A stretch of DNA of 63,349 nucleotides, counting the filler, from Octopus bimaculoides (taxonomy: Eukaryota): assembly GCF_001194135.2 (NCBI RefSeq). It is 4 parts of 4 records of this genome, joined end to end, with 100 filler letters (N's around TTAATTAATTAA, not from the genome) between each part and the next. Parts side by side here need not be neighbours in the genome. Positions count along the whole stretch, not along the records: positions 1 to 15,922 come from NC_069003.1; 3 more parts are not named here. The stretch is one strand, 5' to 3'. The notes beneath the pieces were generated by a model. It was not told the DNA's origin. It saw nothing but the letters and a program-made list of their open reading frames with translations, and did not search any database. Of this stretch, positions 1-12,726 are shown one piece after another; the stretch's first letter is position 1; every line of letters starts with the position of its first letter. The position numbers were made by a program, and so were the translations under genes.

Positions 1-185
1 ACAAATATATATAACATACAGAAAATTGCACTACTGGGTACTGCACACATCCTACGCAAAACACTTTCAATACAGTAACCATAAGTGCATCAGAGCAAAC
101 CACAGCACATACCCAAGGCACACAGAGCTGCGCTCGGTAGTGAAGTGAAAGCACGTTATAAAAATAAAACTACTGAACAATAATA
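1..185 (+). mobile_element. 3' end of R4/Dong-like (REL-endonuclease) non-LTR retrotransposon, followed by (TAA)n
   Basis: Frame 1 from base 1 reads TNIYNIQKIALLGTAHILRKTLSIQ* (stop 76-78), the typical C-terminus of R4/Dong-clade ORFs. The 3' UTR is near-identical to 2504-2605 and is followed by a TAA-rich tract to about 256. Confidence 0.8.
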
Positions 186-205
186 TAATAATAAAACTAC
201 TGAAC

Positions 206-257
<52 letters not shown>

Positions 258-344
258 GTAAGATACTAAATATGTTTGGGTCAGAATTGGCCCAAGTCAT
301 GTCTAATATAATAGTACCACCTGGGAAAGACATTTAACGATGTT

Positions 345-990
345 TCATATTACTCATTCTTTGGGAATGGTAACCCATTCGAGTAGAGAATTATTGCATG
401 CGTAGATGTATGCCAATGTAAGTGGTTCATCTAGAATTTGTTGGGGATTCGTGCTGCAACCGTTTGAACGATAGTGTATCTTTCTCTTCTCATATGTGTC
501 ATGGCATGGTGTTAAAGTCAGCAGCTTCAGTTGAGGCGAAATAGTTCTGTCTTATTGTTGTAATGTGAGGCGAACTTGTCGTTTGTAGGACGGATTGCAC
601 GGGGTTCAAGCCTCGCGGGAATATTACAGTTAATGCCAACATCATGTAGGTAGTGCTGTTTGAGTATTTTCCTCACCATAAAAATGATACAGCGCTCACG
701 GCGAGGCTGGAGGGAATAAAGTTTCGGCTTCTCAAGAAGATCCCAATAATCAAGACTTGTTATGCCTTCTATTTTCCTTGTGATCAATCTCTGAATTGCT
801 TCAATTTTTATAATATTCTGTTTCAGGCAAAGATACCACAACAGACAAGAGTATTCAGGGTGAGGACGGGCGAAAATGGAGAAAAGAAGAATAATGGTAG
901 GCGCATCTCTAGACCGAAATGTCTTGAGGATGCAGGATTCGCTCAACGGGGTAAGTCGAATGTGTTGTTTATGTGGGCACTCTAGCTTAA
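345..990 (-). mobile_element. CR1-clade LINE, decayed 3' part of ORF2
   Basis: ORF 527..946(-) has ILKTFRSRD..LLFSIFARPHPEY...WY....IIKIEAIQR..TRKIEG...LDYW..LEK.KLYSLQ.RRER, matching the CR1/L2 C-terminal motif LVRPHLEY...W.P...LE.VQRR...Y.ERL..L.L.SL..RR. Confidence 0.8.
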
Positions 991-1734
991 GTTGTCGATA
1001 GTTACTCCAACTTACGAAGTGGGGGCGCTAACCAGTCATATGTATAAATGCAATGTTATTACCTGTTCAACTTTTCTTGTAGCACGTTTGGACTGTGTTT
1101 TTATATCGTTTCGACAGATTAATTCGTTCAATATTGATATTTCACCTCTCATTATTTCAATCTCATTTTCAATTTTACTTTCACACTTTAGAATTCTTCT
1201 CAGGTTTGGATTTCTTTGTTTTTTGTTCCAGAGGCATACAACCGGTTTCAATTGGAGGAAATTTCTTGTTAACAATGGCGTAGGTACACCTAGATCAGTT
1301 CCTAGCGCCCCTTTATAGACTGTGAGATGCAGTACTTCGGAGTAGTTATCTCCTCTTCAGTCAAAGACACTGAGCAGAGGGCACTGCAAACTGATGGAAG
1401 AGAGTGATTCACTTATATCAGCCACCGTGCAGTGACTGAAATCACCGCATGGTGGCTGATAACACTCACCGATAACGGCTCATCGTCAATAGCGGTGTTT
1501 GATGCGATAAGGACCGAGCGAAGAGTGTGTGATATCTTTAATATGGCTATTTTACCAAAGAGGATTCATTCGAATTTACTTTTGTTTAGCTGCATATTTG
1601 TGTTTCCGCTCATCGGCTAGTAGCTATCACATCAAATTGGAGATTAGATTGGTATCCTGCCCTGCCGAAGACGACCGTCAGACGTTTACAGTCATCCGTG
1701 AAAATGCTGATAGTGCTGTGTTTGATGACGTCGA

Positions 1735-1776
<42 letters not shown>

Positions 1777-1967
1777 AGGCACAAGGCGTGAAATTTTTGC
1801 GGGCGGGGACTATTCGATTACATCGAACCCAGTGTTTCACTGGCACTTAATTTATCGACCCCGAGAGAATAAAAGCTAAAGTAGACCTCGGCGGAATTTG
1901 AAATCAGAATGTAGTGACGGGTGAAATACTACTAAGCATTTCGCCAGCTCGTCGTCTTAATACCGCC

Positions 1968-1968
<1 letters not shown>
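1777..1968 (-). mobile_element. tRNA-derived SINE (family B here), between (TAC)n and (TAA)n runs
   Basis: Similar to copies at 7200-7340, 16258-16417 and 57355-57622 (shared TTTATCGACCCCG...GACCTCGGCGGAATTTGAA). B-box-like ATTTCAAATTCC on the minus strand. Confidence 0.75.
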
Positions 1969-2016
<48 letters not shown>

Positions 2017-2018
<2 letters not shown>

Positions 2019-2601
2019 TCACAGACATGACAGAGCTGGGACCTATATACACTGGAAGCTATGCCAACACTATGGAATAACAACAGAAAAAGATGGTATA
2101 AACACACNNNNNNNNNNNNNNNNNNNNNNNNNNNNNNNNNNNNNNNNNNNNNNNNNNNNNNNNNNNNNNNNNNNNNNNNNNNNNNNNNNNNNNNNNNNNN
2201 NNNNNNNNNNNNNNNNNNNNNNNNNNNNNNNNNNNNNNNNNNNNNNNNNNNNNNNNNNNNNNNNNNNNNNNNNNNNNNNNNNNNNNNNNNNNNNNNNNNN
2301 NNNNNNNNNNNNNNNNNNNNNNNNNNNNNNNNNNNNNNNNNNNNNNNNNNNNNNNNNNNNNNNNNNNNNNNNNNNNNNNNNNNNNNNNNNNNNNNNNNNN
2401 NNNNNNNNNNNNNNNNNNNNNNNNNNNNNNNNNNNNNNNNNNNNNNNNNNNNNNNNNNNNNNNNNNNNNNNNNNNNNNNNNNNNNNNNNNNNNNNNNNNN
2501 NNNGTAAACATAAGAGCACCACAACAAACCACAGCACATACCCAAGGCGCACAGAGCTGCGCTCGGTAGTGAAGTGAAAGCACGTTATAAAAATAAAACT
2601 A

Positions 2602-2605
<4 letters not shown>
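2017..2605 (+). mobile_element. 5'-truncated R4/Dong-like element embedded in a (TAA)n array
   Basis: 2017-2107 reads YHRHDRAGTYIHWKLCQHYGITTEKRWYKH (the RHD..HW...WY.H motif preceding the REL nuclease), then a 396-N gap, then the same 3' UTR as 76-185. (TAA)n flanks both sides (1969-2016, 2606-2648). Confidence 0.8.
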
Positions 2606-2651
<46 letters not shown>

Positions 2652-3006
2652 TGGCTAAAAAGGCTAGCCACAACGATACAGATCAAGGCACTATTGGTGG
2701 TAAGTAACGATGAGCTATGCTGTAACAGCAAGGTTAAAGTAACTGCAACGGTATTAATGGCGGATTCGACATTATTTGCAGAGACAACAACCGTCTCTAC
2801 ATCTGCCATAACACAGGGTTCAATAATAATAATTTTAACGTAGCACAAATATGTCTAACGAAACAAAAAAGAAAACTAGAACAGTACGCCAAATCTCTTG
2901 TCCTATGGTTAATCTGGAAGCGTGTCCTCCAGGAAAGAGTCATCCTGGTAGCCAAAAGTAATCCACTAGCACAAACTCTTCTCTGAATACGAACCTGGAT
3001 GGTCAC

Positions 3007-5915
3007 TTGCACGGGAACTACCTCAACTCAAGCCCTCCAAGTCCACCACTACACTCACCTCAGAAAGAAAAATATAAGAGGATCAAATGGTCCCGAGAAG
3101 AGTATACAGAAGTAATACACGCCTATTCCTATGCATTAGGCAGGCCATGTGAAGAGAAACACATCACACACACTTATCAAATATGGCGAACACGAAATCA
3201 AGACAGCAGATTATATTTGGACGAAAACAAGTTAGCAAATGTTAAGAGGGATATCTTCAGAAATAAAAGCAACACAGATAGTGAAATAACTGCGATCAAG
3301 CACGCAGCGGATAATAACCTAATTATAAGACAGAAACGAAATAAAGAACCAGATAAAGAGAGGAAGTCTACAAGAGTCTCGATTGAAAGACAGCCATCTG
3401 ACCAGAACACGCAAACGTCTGGATAAATAAATTGTAATGATCCTGATAAGAGATAATGAGGAAAGTGGTAAAGAAACAATATTTGAAGACTACACATTTA
3501 CTAAAGAACATAGAGAGTTTATGATAGAACTGAAGCAGAAAATCCTGAATAAGTTTGCAGTTGTAAGACACGCCAATATTCATGATAGAGAACCATTTCA
3601 TAAGCCCTGAAATACAATCCAAAATAGAAAACAAAATTAAAATTTGAAACTATGTAACAAAGGAAATTATACAAGAACTAAAATCAGAACTCACTAAACC
3701 TCTGGACTTACAATGAAAATGCAAACTGGATTAGACACACAGAAAAAGCATGGAAAGACGCACAGAAAAAGCATGGGAATACATAACAATCGCACACCAA
3801 AGAATGACACTCAGGAAGGCTCATAAGTGGAAATCCTCTGGTGATGATGGGATGCCAAATTTCTGGCTTGCCTCACTCCCGTGTTCACACGAAATATTAA
3901 TCCAGTTATTTAATGAAATTATGAGAGATCCTCCGAAAACATCTGATTGGTTATCAAAAGTTATTACTTACCTACTCCCGAAGAATATTGAAACCAAATC
4001 TCCCCCAAACTATCGGCCCATGTAACGTCCATCCTCGTGGAGAAAACATACAAATTTATGGAAGAGAATATTTTCTCCACTAAACAAAAGGGTGCCGACG
4101 AGGCTTATATAGATGCAGAGATCAACTCTTAATCAACCGTATGATCCTTGAGAACTGTCATAACAAACGCGGAAATCTCAGTTTTGCATGGAGTGATTAT
4201 ATAAAGGCCTTCGACAGCATACCGCATTCATAGATCTTGAAATCGCTGGATATCTTCAAAATTTCTCCTGTGATTTCAAACTTCCTGCGGAATATGAATC
4301 TCCAACTATACTCCAACTAAGGAAGTACTGACCTCAAAAAATATTAATATCAACTGCGGCATCCAAGGTGACTCCCATTCACCTCTACTTTTCTGCATAC
4401 CCCTTACAAATGAACTTAACAAAATAGGGTATAGATCTAAAATTGGCGACAAGAAAATAAGTCATCTAATTAATATGAATGACTTAAAACTCTATGGCAA
4501 AGATGATAATGAACTTAAGGACTTAAAGGAATACTGTGAAAGGATTCAGTGATGATACTGGGATGGAATTTGATCTTGGTAAATGTGCCAAGGCCACTTT
4601 CCAAAAATGGGAAGTAAAGATCTCACATTCATTGGAGTTGGATGTTGACACAGTTATAAAAGAACTCGAACAGGAACAAACTTACAAATAGCTCAGAATA
4701 AATGAGGACTCTGGCATTCAGCATGCAAGTATGAAAGCAAATATCAGCAGGAATGTTACCGGAGAGTTCGAGCAGTCCTAAACTCCGAGTTAAAGGCACG
4801 TCACAAGGTGTTAGTTATAAATTCCTTAGCAGTTCCGGTTATCTATAGTTTCAATGTGTTGAACTAGAATATGAACGATAGAAGGAAGATTGACTGGAAA
4901 ATCCATCAGCTGCTGACTTGTAATACGATGCCCTACCCAAAGGCAGACGCAGATCGTCTTTACCTACCCAGAGCTGAAGGAAGTCGAGGCATGATCCAAT
5001 TTGAAATCTCCTACAAAACCACCACAATTGGACTGACAAAATATTTTGAAACATTTAACGACTGCTAAAGCTCGTTGAAAACCATGAAAGACTTAAGAAG
5101 CTACATTCTCTTATGAAGGGGAGCAAAATATTTTCAAGTGCGCTTATGGATAATACCCAGGTTGAACAGCATGATAGAAGTGCAGCAACTGTAGATGTAA
5201 AGAAGGTTAAATCAGTAGGTTAAATGCGTTTGAACAATTGGTGGATATGTGGGAACTAAAACTTCTGCATGGCAAATATGTGGCCCGTAGCAAACAAGCT
5301 GATGTAGACGAGAAGCACACCTACCAGTGTGTGTGAAAGCCTCATCTTGGCTGCCCAAGATCAGAGCTTACTGACCCGGAATTATCAAGCCAATGTGATG
5401 AAAAATGGTGTTGACCCAAAGTGCCTATAATGTAACGTTGGGATAGAAACAGTGGACCACCTAATCTCTGGATGTAGGTTTTAGTACCTGTAGAATACAA
5501 ATCAAGACATGACAGAGTTGGCCAGTATCTACACTGGATAATGTGTTGGCATAATAAAATCAAAACTGCTGACAAATGGTACAAATACAACCCTGAGGCT
5601 GTAACTGAGGGACAAAATGTAACTATTCTTTGGGACTTCCCAATATGTACAGGCTGGACCATCAAAGCAAACAAACCAGATACTGTTGTGAAAGACCAAA
5701 GCAAAAAAGTATGTTTATTGATTGAACATAATATCTTAGCCAAAGAATTTGATAAGCTCAGAAAATATAAAGATTTGTTCATCGAAATCGAAAAGATGTA
5801 GCATCTCAAGATGGTTACAATACCAGTGATTGTTGAAGCACTTGAAATGATAAAAAAAGGAAGAATGTGCAAAGGATTGTCTTAACTGTTACGTCACGCG
5901 TACTGAGAAGAGCAT
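3007..5915 (+). pseudogene. Near full-length, heavily decayed R4/Dong-clade retrotransposon ORF (N-terminal domain, RT, CCHC, REL endonuclease)
   Basis: Ordered fragments: KWSREEYTEVIHAY..DENKLANVKRDIFRNK; KWKSSGDDGMPNFWL..WLSKVITYLLPK..NYRPM; RDQLLINRMILENC..WSDYIKAFDSIPH; QGDSHSPLLFC; SHLINMNDLKLYGK (YMDD relic); RLYLPRAEGSRG; ETVDHLISGC..RHDRVGQYLHW; ILWDFPI..KANKPDTVVKD. Many stops and frameshifts. Confidence 0.9.
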
Positions 5916-6682
5916 TTTCTGATCTTTCTTCCCCTTTAATTTCTTTGCTTACTTCTTTATTTCTAAAAAAATTTTCTCTCTGTCTTCCGCTTTTTCTTTA
6001 ACACATGACTTTGTAAAGGAACAATCTGGTGTGTTTATTTTAATGGCCTACCAATGTATAGAGTGCGTTTCGCCCCCTTCCGTTTTTTCTCTCTCATCCT
6101 TTCTCTAATTCTTTTCCTCTCCCCTTCACTGCTCTCTATCTCACCCTCTCTCTTTCTCACTTTTCCTCTTTTACACTCGCGTTGCGCACACGTGACCATC
6201 GGTCATCTTTCGTTTCCTAACTTGAGCGTCTTTCTTTCCTTTTGATCTGCCACACAGATCAGACGCATTCTTGTCTGTCTCCTATCTTTTCTCCATTCAA
6301 ATCTTGTTCCTTCAGCGTTAGCAGAGTTAGCAGCCCTTACTATTTGTTTTCACTGTCCTGTTTTCGTTACCAATCTTGACGCTCCGCAAATCCCAAATTT
6401 TATTTTGCTTTCCGGGAGCAACTGTTTTCTCGAAGACACATCTTGTCGTAATTGCTCGAAATGTGGAGTAGATAAACAGCCAACAACTGATGAAGGGTCG
6501 TTATATTACTTGTCTCGTTTTCCATTTGTTTTTTTTCGTTCTTCACAAAAAAGGTTCATATTTCATGTTTTTCGTATTTCGTATTTCATGTTGTTTACGT
6601 TTTATGACGTCCTGTAACCATATATGTATATGTATATACATATATATGTATGTACATATATGTATGTATATATGCATATATA

Positions 6683-6765
<83 letters not shown>

Positions 6766-6782
6766 AGCACGTATTCTTTTAT

Positions 6783-7040
6783 TCGTTTACTTGTTTCAGT
6801 CATTTCACTGCGGCCATGCTGGAGCACCGATTGCACTCAAACAAATCGACCACAGAACGTATTCTATGTAAGCCTAGTATTTATTCTAACGGTCACTTTT
6901 GCCAAACTACTAAGTTACGTGAACGTAAACACACCAACATCGGTTGTCAAGCGATGGTGGGGTGACAAACTTAGACACAGAAATACATACGTACATATAT
7001 ATACATATATACATACATATATATATACGACGGGCTTCTT
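6783..7040 (-). mobile_element. SINE family A, 3' two-thirds
   Basis: Aligns by eye to full copies at 55587-55999 and 60350-60762 (TTGTTTCAGTCATTT..CTGCGGCCATGCTGGAGCACCG; CATCGGTTGTCAAGCGATG; TACGACGGGCTTCTT). Confidence 0.8.
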
Positions 7041-7044
7041 CCTT

Positions 7045-7119
7045 TTGAAGACGGATGAAATGTCGCTAAGCATTTTGCCCGGCGTGCGAACAATCTTCCA
7101 AGCTAGCTGACTTATTAGA

Positions 7120-7182
<63 letters not shown>

Positions 7183-7340
7183 CTTTTCTACAGTACGCAA
7201 CTGATACTTAATTTATCGACCCCGAAAGGATGAAATGCAAATTTGACCTCGGCGGAATTTGAACTGTGAACGTAGCGACGAGCGAAATGCCACCAAGCAT
7301 TTTGTCCGGCGTGCGAACAATTTTGCCAGCTCACCGCCTT
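7045..7340 (-). mobile_element. Two SINE family B pieces (head fragment 7045-7110, longer copy 7200-7340) separated by (TAA)n
   Basis: Both contain AAGCATTTTG(C/T)CCGGCGTGCGAACAAT. The second also has TTTATCGACCCCGAAAGGATGAAA..GACCTCGGCGGAATTTGAAC. Confidence 0.75.
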
Positions 7341-7353
7341 AATAATGATGATG

Positions 7354-7416
<63 letters not shown>

Positions 7417-8037
7417 TATGATAATGACGATGATGAGGGTGATGACAACAGCACCAACAACAACACCAACAATAATATTTAGAAAATAATAATAATAAAA
7501 CAATAGAGATGAGAGAACACAACGGATGCAAAAGATATGTTTGTTCCCACTGAATCAAACACTGGAACAAAATGCGTTGTATCCAAATATATTTAAAAAC
7601 GAGAGATTCTGCACAAAAAATAGGACGGTAATAAGGTGTTTTGGCTGAAATAATGAAAGGAAAAGCGATGAACTGTTGGGTAGAGGAGTTGCACTCGGAA
7701 AATATAAATATTTAATCTTTCAGACTATTTCCCTTTGAAATAGAAACAAAAGATGAATGGAAGGAAATGACATGATGTCTGACGAAATACTAGTGACAAG
7801 AAGTTGGTTGATGAAATGGTAGAATGACATTGTGGGATGGAAAGGAAAGTGAGAGAAAAAGAAAGACAGAGAAGGACTGGGGGGCAGCGATAGTAAGGGG
7901 AAGAAGTGGAAGAGAGAGAGTGAGTGAGAGCATTAGAGGGAGAAAGAGAGAAAGAGAGAAAGAGAGAATGAAAGCGATAGTGAGAAAGAAAGAAAACTAC
8001 AGAAAAAAGGATGAATACAAGGAAAGATAAAAAGATA

Positions 8038-8041
<4 letters not shown>

Positions 8042-8106
<65 letters not shown>

Positions 8107-8240
8107 NNNNNNNNNNNNNNNNNNNNNNNNNNNNNNNNNNNNNNNNNNNNNNNNNNNNNNNNNNNNNNAGAGAGAGAGAGAGAGCAAGAGAGAGAGAGAG
8201 AGAGCAAGAGAGAGAGAGAGAGCAAGAGAGAGAGAGAGAG
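8042..8240. repeat. (GA)n microsatellite spanning a gap, within a purine-rich tract
   Basis: Direct inspection. Confidence 0.95.
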
Positions 8241-8588
8241 CAGGGGAAGAGAGAAAGTGTGGAAAACATTCATAATTTAAGAGAAAATGTTGCTTAATGT
8301 CAGAAACTGCCCCGTACAGCTCATTCTACTGCTAACGCGTTCCTGCACATACTAACACACACACATACACACATACAAGCACACACATAAATCATGTGTG
8401 CGTGTTTGTGTATTTGTGCATGTGCGCATGTGTGTATGAGTGCACGGACGTGTACAAGGATTCGTATTTATATTGTTATATGCTTGCATCTTTGTATACG
8501 TCGAGTGTTTAGGACATATTTTGGCGTTTCATTCGTTCGCCTCTTCTCTTTAATTCTAACAGTACATACATACATACACACATATATA

Positions 8589-8760
8589 TACGAGGCAGCT
8601 GACAAGTTCCTGCTTTTGGATAAAAGAAAATAGGGGAGCATAATTTAATTATGATTTTATTCCACATAATCACCTCTCAGATGAGTACTTTTGGCAGCAG
8701 TCCGTCCGATTTTCTACGACCTGTAAAAGAACTCGGAAGATGGCTCCTTCAATCATGATA
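8589..8760 (-). mobile_element. Mariner-derived end fragment (TIR plus transposase C-terminal relic)
   Basis: Starts TACGAGGCAGCTGACAAGTTCCTG, which resembles the reverse complement of 29363-29394. Internal segment CTGTAAAAGAACTCGGAAG is shared with 29244-29394. Confidence 0.55.
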
Positions 8761-8817
8761 CAAAATGGCTGATAGTTAGCAAGGTGAGACACACATAAGA
8801 AAGAAGAAAGCAAAGGA

Positions 8818-8858
8818 GCACTGATGAGGTCACAGAAGTGTGACGAAAGAACTTATGT
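8818..8858 (+). ncRNA. Degenerate minimal hammerhead ribozyme motif
   Basis: GCA-CTGATGA-G-GTCACA(GAAG)TGTGAC-GAAA-GAACT-TA-TGT. Canonical core and perfect 6-bp stem II, but one unpaired G and only a 3-bp stem I. Confidence 0.4.
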
Positions 8859-8947
8859 AATATAATGTAATATAAAGCTGAAGCAAATTAACACCAAATA
8901 TACAGTGCGTGTGTTTTTATTGGCTAGACTACAACAATATATAAAGT

Positions 8948-8985
<38 letters not shown>

Positions 8986-9792
8986 NNNNNNNNNNNNNNN
9001 NNNNNNNNNNNNNNNNNNNNNNNNNNNNNNNNNNNNNNNNNNNNNNNNNNNNNNNNNNNNNNNNNNNNNNNNNNNNNNNNNNNNNNNNNNNNNNNNNNNN
9101 NNNNNNNNNNNNNNNNNNNNNNNNNNNNNNNNNNNNNNNNNNNNNNNNNNNNNNNNNNNNNNNNNNNNNNNNNNNNNNNNNNNNNNNNNNNNNNNNNNNN
9201 NNNNNNNNNNNNNNNNNNNNNNNNNNNNNNNNNNNNNNNNNNNNNNNNNNNNNNNNNNNNNNNNNNNNNNNNNNNNNNNNNNNNNNNNNNNNNNNNNNNN
9301 NNNNNNNNNNNNNNNNNNNNNNNNNNNNNNNNNNNNNNNNNNNNNNNNNNNNNNNNNNNNNNNNNNNNNNNNNNNNNNNNNNNNNNNNNNNNNNNNNNNN
9401 NNNNNNNNNNNNNNNNNNNNNNNNNNNNNNNNNNNNNNNNNNNNNNNNNNNNNNNNNNNNNNNNNNNNNNNNNNNNNNNNNNNNNNNNNNNNNNNNNNNN
9501 NNNNNNNNNNNNNNNNNNNNNNNNNNNNNNNNNNNNNNNNNNNNNNNNNNNNNNNNNNNNNNNNNNNNNNNNNNNNNNNNNNNNNNNNNNNNNNNNNNNN
9601 NNNNNNNNNNNNNNNNNNNNNNNNNNNNNNNNNNNNNNNNNNNNNNNNNNNNNNNNNNNNNNNNNNNNNNNNNNNNNNNNNNNNNNNNNNNNNNNNNNNN
9701 NNNNNNNNNNNNNNNNNNNNNNNNNNNNNNNNNNNNNNNNNNNNNNNNNNNNNNNNNNNNNNNNNNNNNNNNNNNNNNNNNNNNNNNNNNNC

Positions 9793-10661
9793 CATAGGAT
9801 GAATTTGAACAGATAAAATGCTTAAATAGTCTTGACTGTTAATTCTGCGATGAAGGGAAACTATTGGGTCGGCAGATTTCAAAGATATAACCCCGCCCCA
9901 AATCATCTCAGCTTTTCCTCCATGTTTAACAGTTGAAGAAAGCCATCTGGGTCAAATGCTTCTTTTGGCTGTCTCTACACGTATACTCGGCCGGTAGTTG
10001 CAAATATGTTAAAGGCTGACTCGTCCAAGTAAAATGATATTCTTCCACTGATCAAGGGACCAATTTTGTAGGTTTTTACTCCACTCTAAATGCATTGCAA
10101 CGTTTGTTTTTGAAAGTAGTGGTTTTTTGATTACAGCCCTCCCGTAAAATCCTGCTTTGTGCAGCTCCCGGTGAGCGGTTTTTGTGGAAACTGGATTCTC
10201 GAGGTGGATTCTCTGCAGTAATTTTGGGAGCTTTAATTTTGTGATCCTTTCTAGCAATTTGTGTAAGAGTCCGACTGTCCCTATCTAAAAGTTTTGTTTT
10301 CCTTCCGGAGTTTTGTTTCGACGAGGAAGTTTTTCCATCTTTCTCAAAGGCCATCATTAATTTTGAAACAGTACTTCTTCATACACCAAACATTTCGGCT
10401 GTTTTCGTTCCGCTAGCGCCTGCCATACGAGCACCAATAATTTGACTTCGTTGAAAGTCCGATAGATCTGTCATTTTAATGAATTTTAATTACCTTTATT
10501 TGATGATATCTGAAAAGAAACAGTAATTTTAGCAAAACATATCAAGCAGCACTAATAATAAATAAAAAACAAAAATAAACAAACTTTGGACGGTTTTATA
10601 GCTATTTCAATATTACGATGCTATGATGCTAGGTGTTTCCATTATTTTGTCCAACACATCT
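9793..10661 (-). mobile_element. Tc1-family DNA transposon, decayed (5' TIR and transposase N-terminus to mid-DDE; remainder in gap)
   Basis: ATG at 10474(-): MTDLSDFQRSQIIGARMAGAS..TAEMFGV*RSTVSK..NSGRKTKL; HLENPVSTKTAHRELHKAGFYGRAVIKKPLLSKTN..HLEW; MIWGGVISLKSADPIVSLHRRINSQDYLSIL. TIR-like GGTGTTTCCATTATTTTGTCCAAC at about 10632-10655. Confidence 0.9.
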
Positions 10662-10744
10662 ATATATACATGTATGTATATGTATATGTAACGATATCAA
10701 ATTTAATTCTAATGCTACTGCGTATTAATCGTTATTATTTCTAT

Positions 10745-10802
<58 letters not shown>

Positions 10803-11138
10803 ATAAAAATATATACACACGCACATCTATGTATATATGTAAGTACGTGCGTATTTCTATTTTTCTGATTTTATGATCTGGTATTCTTTCCTTCTAGTGT
10901 ATGTCTGTGGCAGTAAGTGATGTCTTCAGATGTCTTCGACGACCTCAAGTAGTGTGCAGCATAACATTTTTGCTGGAATCTGTTAAATGTCTGCAAAAAA
11001 ATAAGAATTGAGCTTTGAACTTTCACCCTTTGACATTGCGATAAAGAAACGAGAAAAAAAATTCTTTTATAGTTCTTTAACTTCTTAACCTTTTAATGTG
11101 AATTTTATATATGTCGGTGTGTACATGTATGTGCCGCC

Positions 11139-11169
<31 letters not shown>

Positions 11170-12654
11170 TGTATGTATGTATGTATGTATGTATGCATGT
11201 ATGTATGTATGTATGTATGTATGTTTGTATATAAATATATATATATACATAATTATATACACACCTTTATATATACATATAATATACATGCATATTTATA
11301 GATATACATTTATATAACTTATATGCATAAAGTGCGTGTGTATTCGATGTACGTGTGTGTATTTATTTACATACCTACATAATACAGACACACATATATA
11401 CACACGTAGGTATATATATATATANNNNNNNNNNNNNNNNNNNNNNNNNNNNNNNNNNNNNNNNNNNNNNNNNNNNNNNNNNNNNNNNNNNNNNNNNNNN
11501 NNNNNNNNNNNNNNNNNNNNNNNNNNNNNNNNNNNNNNNNNNNNNNNNNNNNNNNNNNNNNNNNNNNNNNNNNNNNNNNNNNNNNNNNNNNNNNNNNNNN
11601 NNNNNNNNNNNNNNNNNNNNNNNNNNNNNNNNNNNNNNNNNNNNNNNNNNNNNNNNNNNNNNNNNNNNNNNNNNNNNNNNNNNNNNNNNNNNNNNNNNNN
11701 NNNNNNNNNNNNNNNNNNNNNNNNNNNNNNNNNNNNNNNNNNNNNNNNNNNNNNNNNNNNNNNNNNNNNNNNNNNNNNNNNNNNNNNNNNNNNNNNNNNN
11801 NNNNNNNNNNNNNNNNNNNNNNNNNNNNNNNNNNNNNNNNNNNNNNNNNNNNNNNNNNNNNNNNNNNNATAGTTTCAAAATCAACATTTTCAAAATAAAA
11901 ATGTCTATTTATCTTCAGTACAGATTGCCGATATTTTTACAATCGAACAGAATCTCGAGCTAGTTGCCTTCAACTAGTGAAAGCGTGCACGTGATTCTAT
12001 CCATTATAAAGATTAAAATTCAAAAGTTTTAGTTTTGGCGCGCTGAATCCGGAAAATATCTCTGCAGAAAATAATTTCTGCTTTGAATTTACCAACTTTG
12101 AGAAATGTGATTATGGTTAATTAACATAATATGGTAAAAATTTGATATTAATTAATATCAATTTAATACCAGAAAACTAGCACATTAAAGGAATCAGAAG
12201 GCTCTTGAAAAAATTTTGAAACTATAGTCTGCCGATAATCAAGGTATGTACAATTTTCACTGGTCTAGCCCGCCTATATATATATATAAGTAGATGCGCA
12301 TACTTATACAAATGAATGTTGACGAATGCTTGTATACACACGTTCATAATACATATATATTATACATACATATATATATACATTGATTTCTTGTTTTCCC
12401 TAGACAGAATTTCAACGCTATAAATTAAATCCACATTAATTATATCTTTATATATATGTTTGTGTATATACATATCCACACACACACACACATACACACA
12501 CACATACATATGGACGTATATACTTTCGTACAGGATTGGAAATTACATTGGCATGAAACTCGCTTTCTATATAACTCTTGCAGTGTTGTTAGCTAATAGA
12601 AACGTTTATATATACATATACATCCATACATATGTACCTATGCACACACAAATT

Positions 12655-12726
<72 letters not shown>

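Noticed and set aside
12142-12161. Perfect 20-bp palindrome TTGATATTAATTAATATCAA
   Set aside because: Almost all A/T and short, within a probable old DNA-transposon fragment (11870-12275) that I could not classify.
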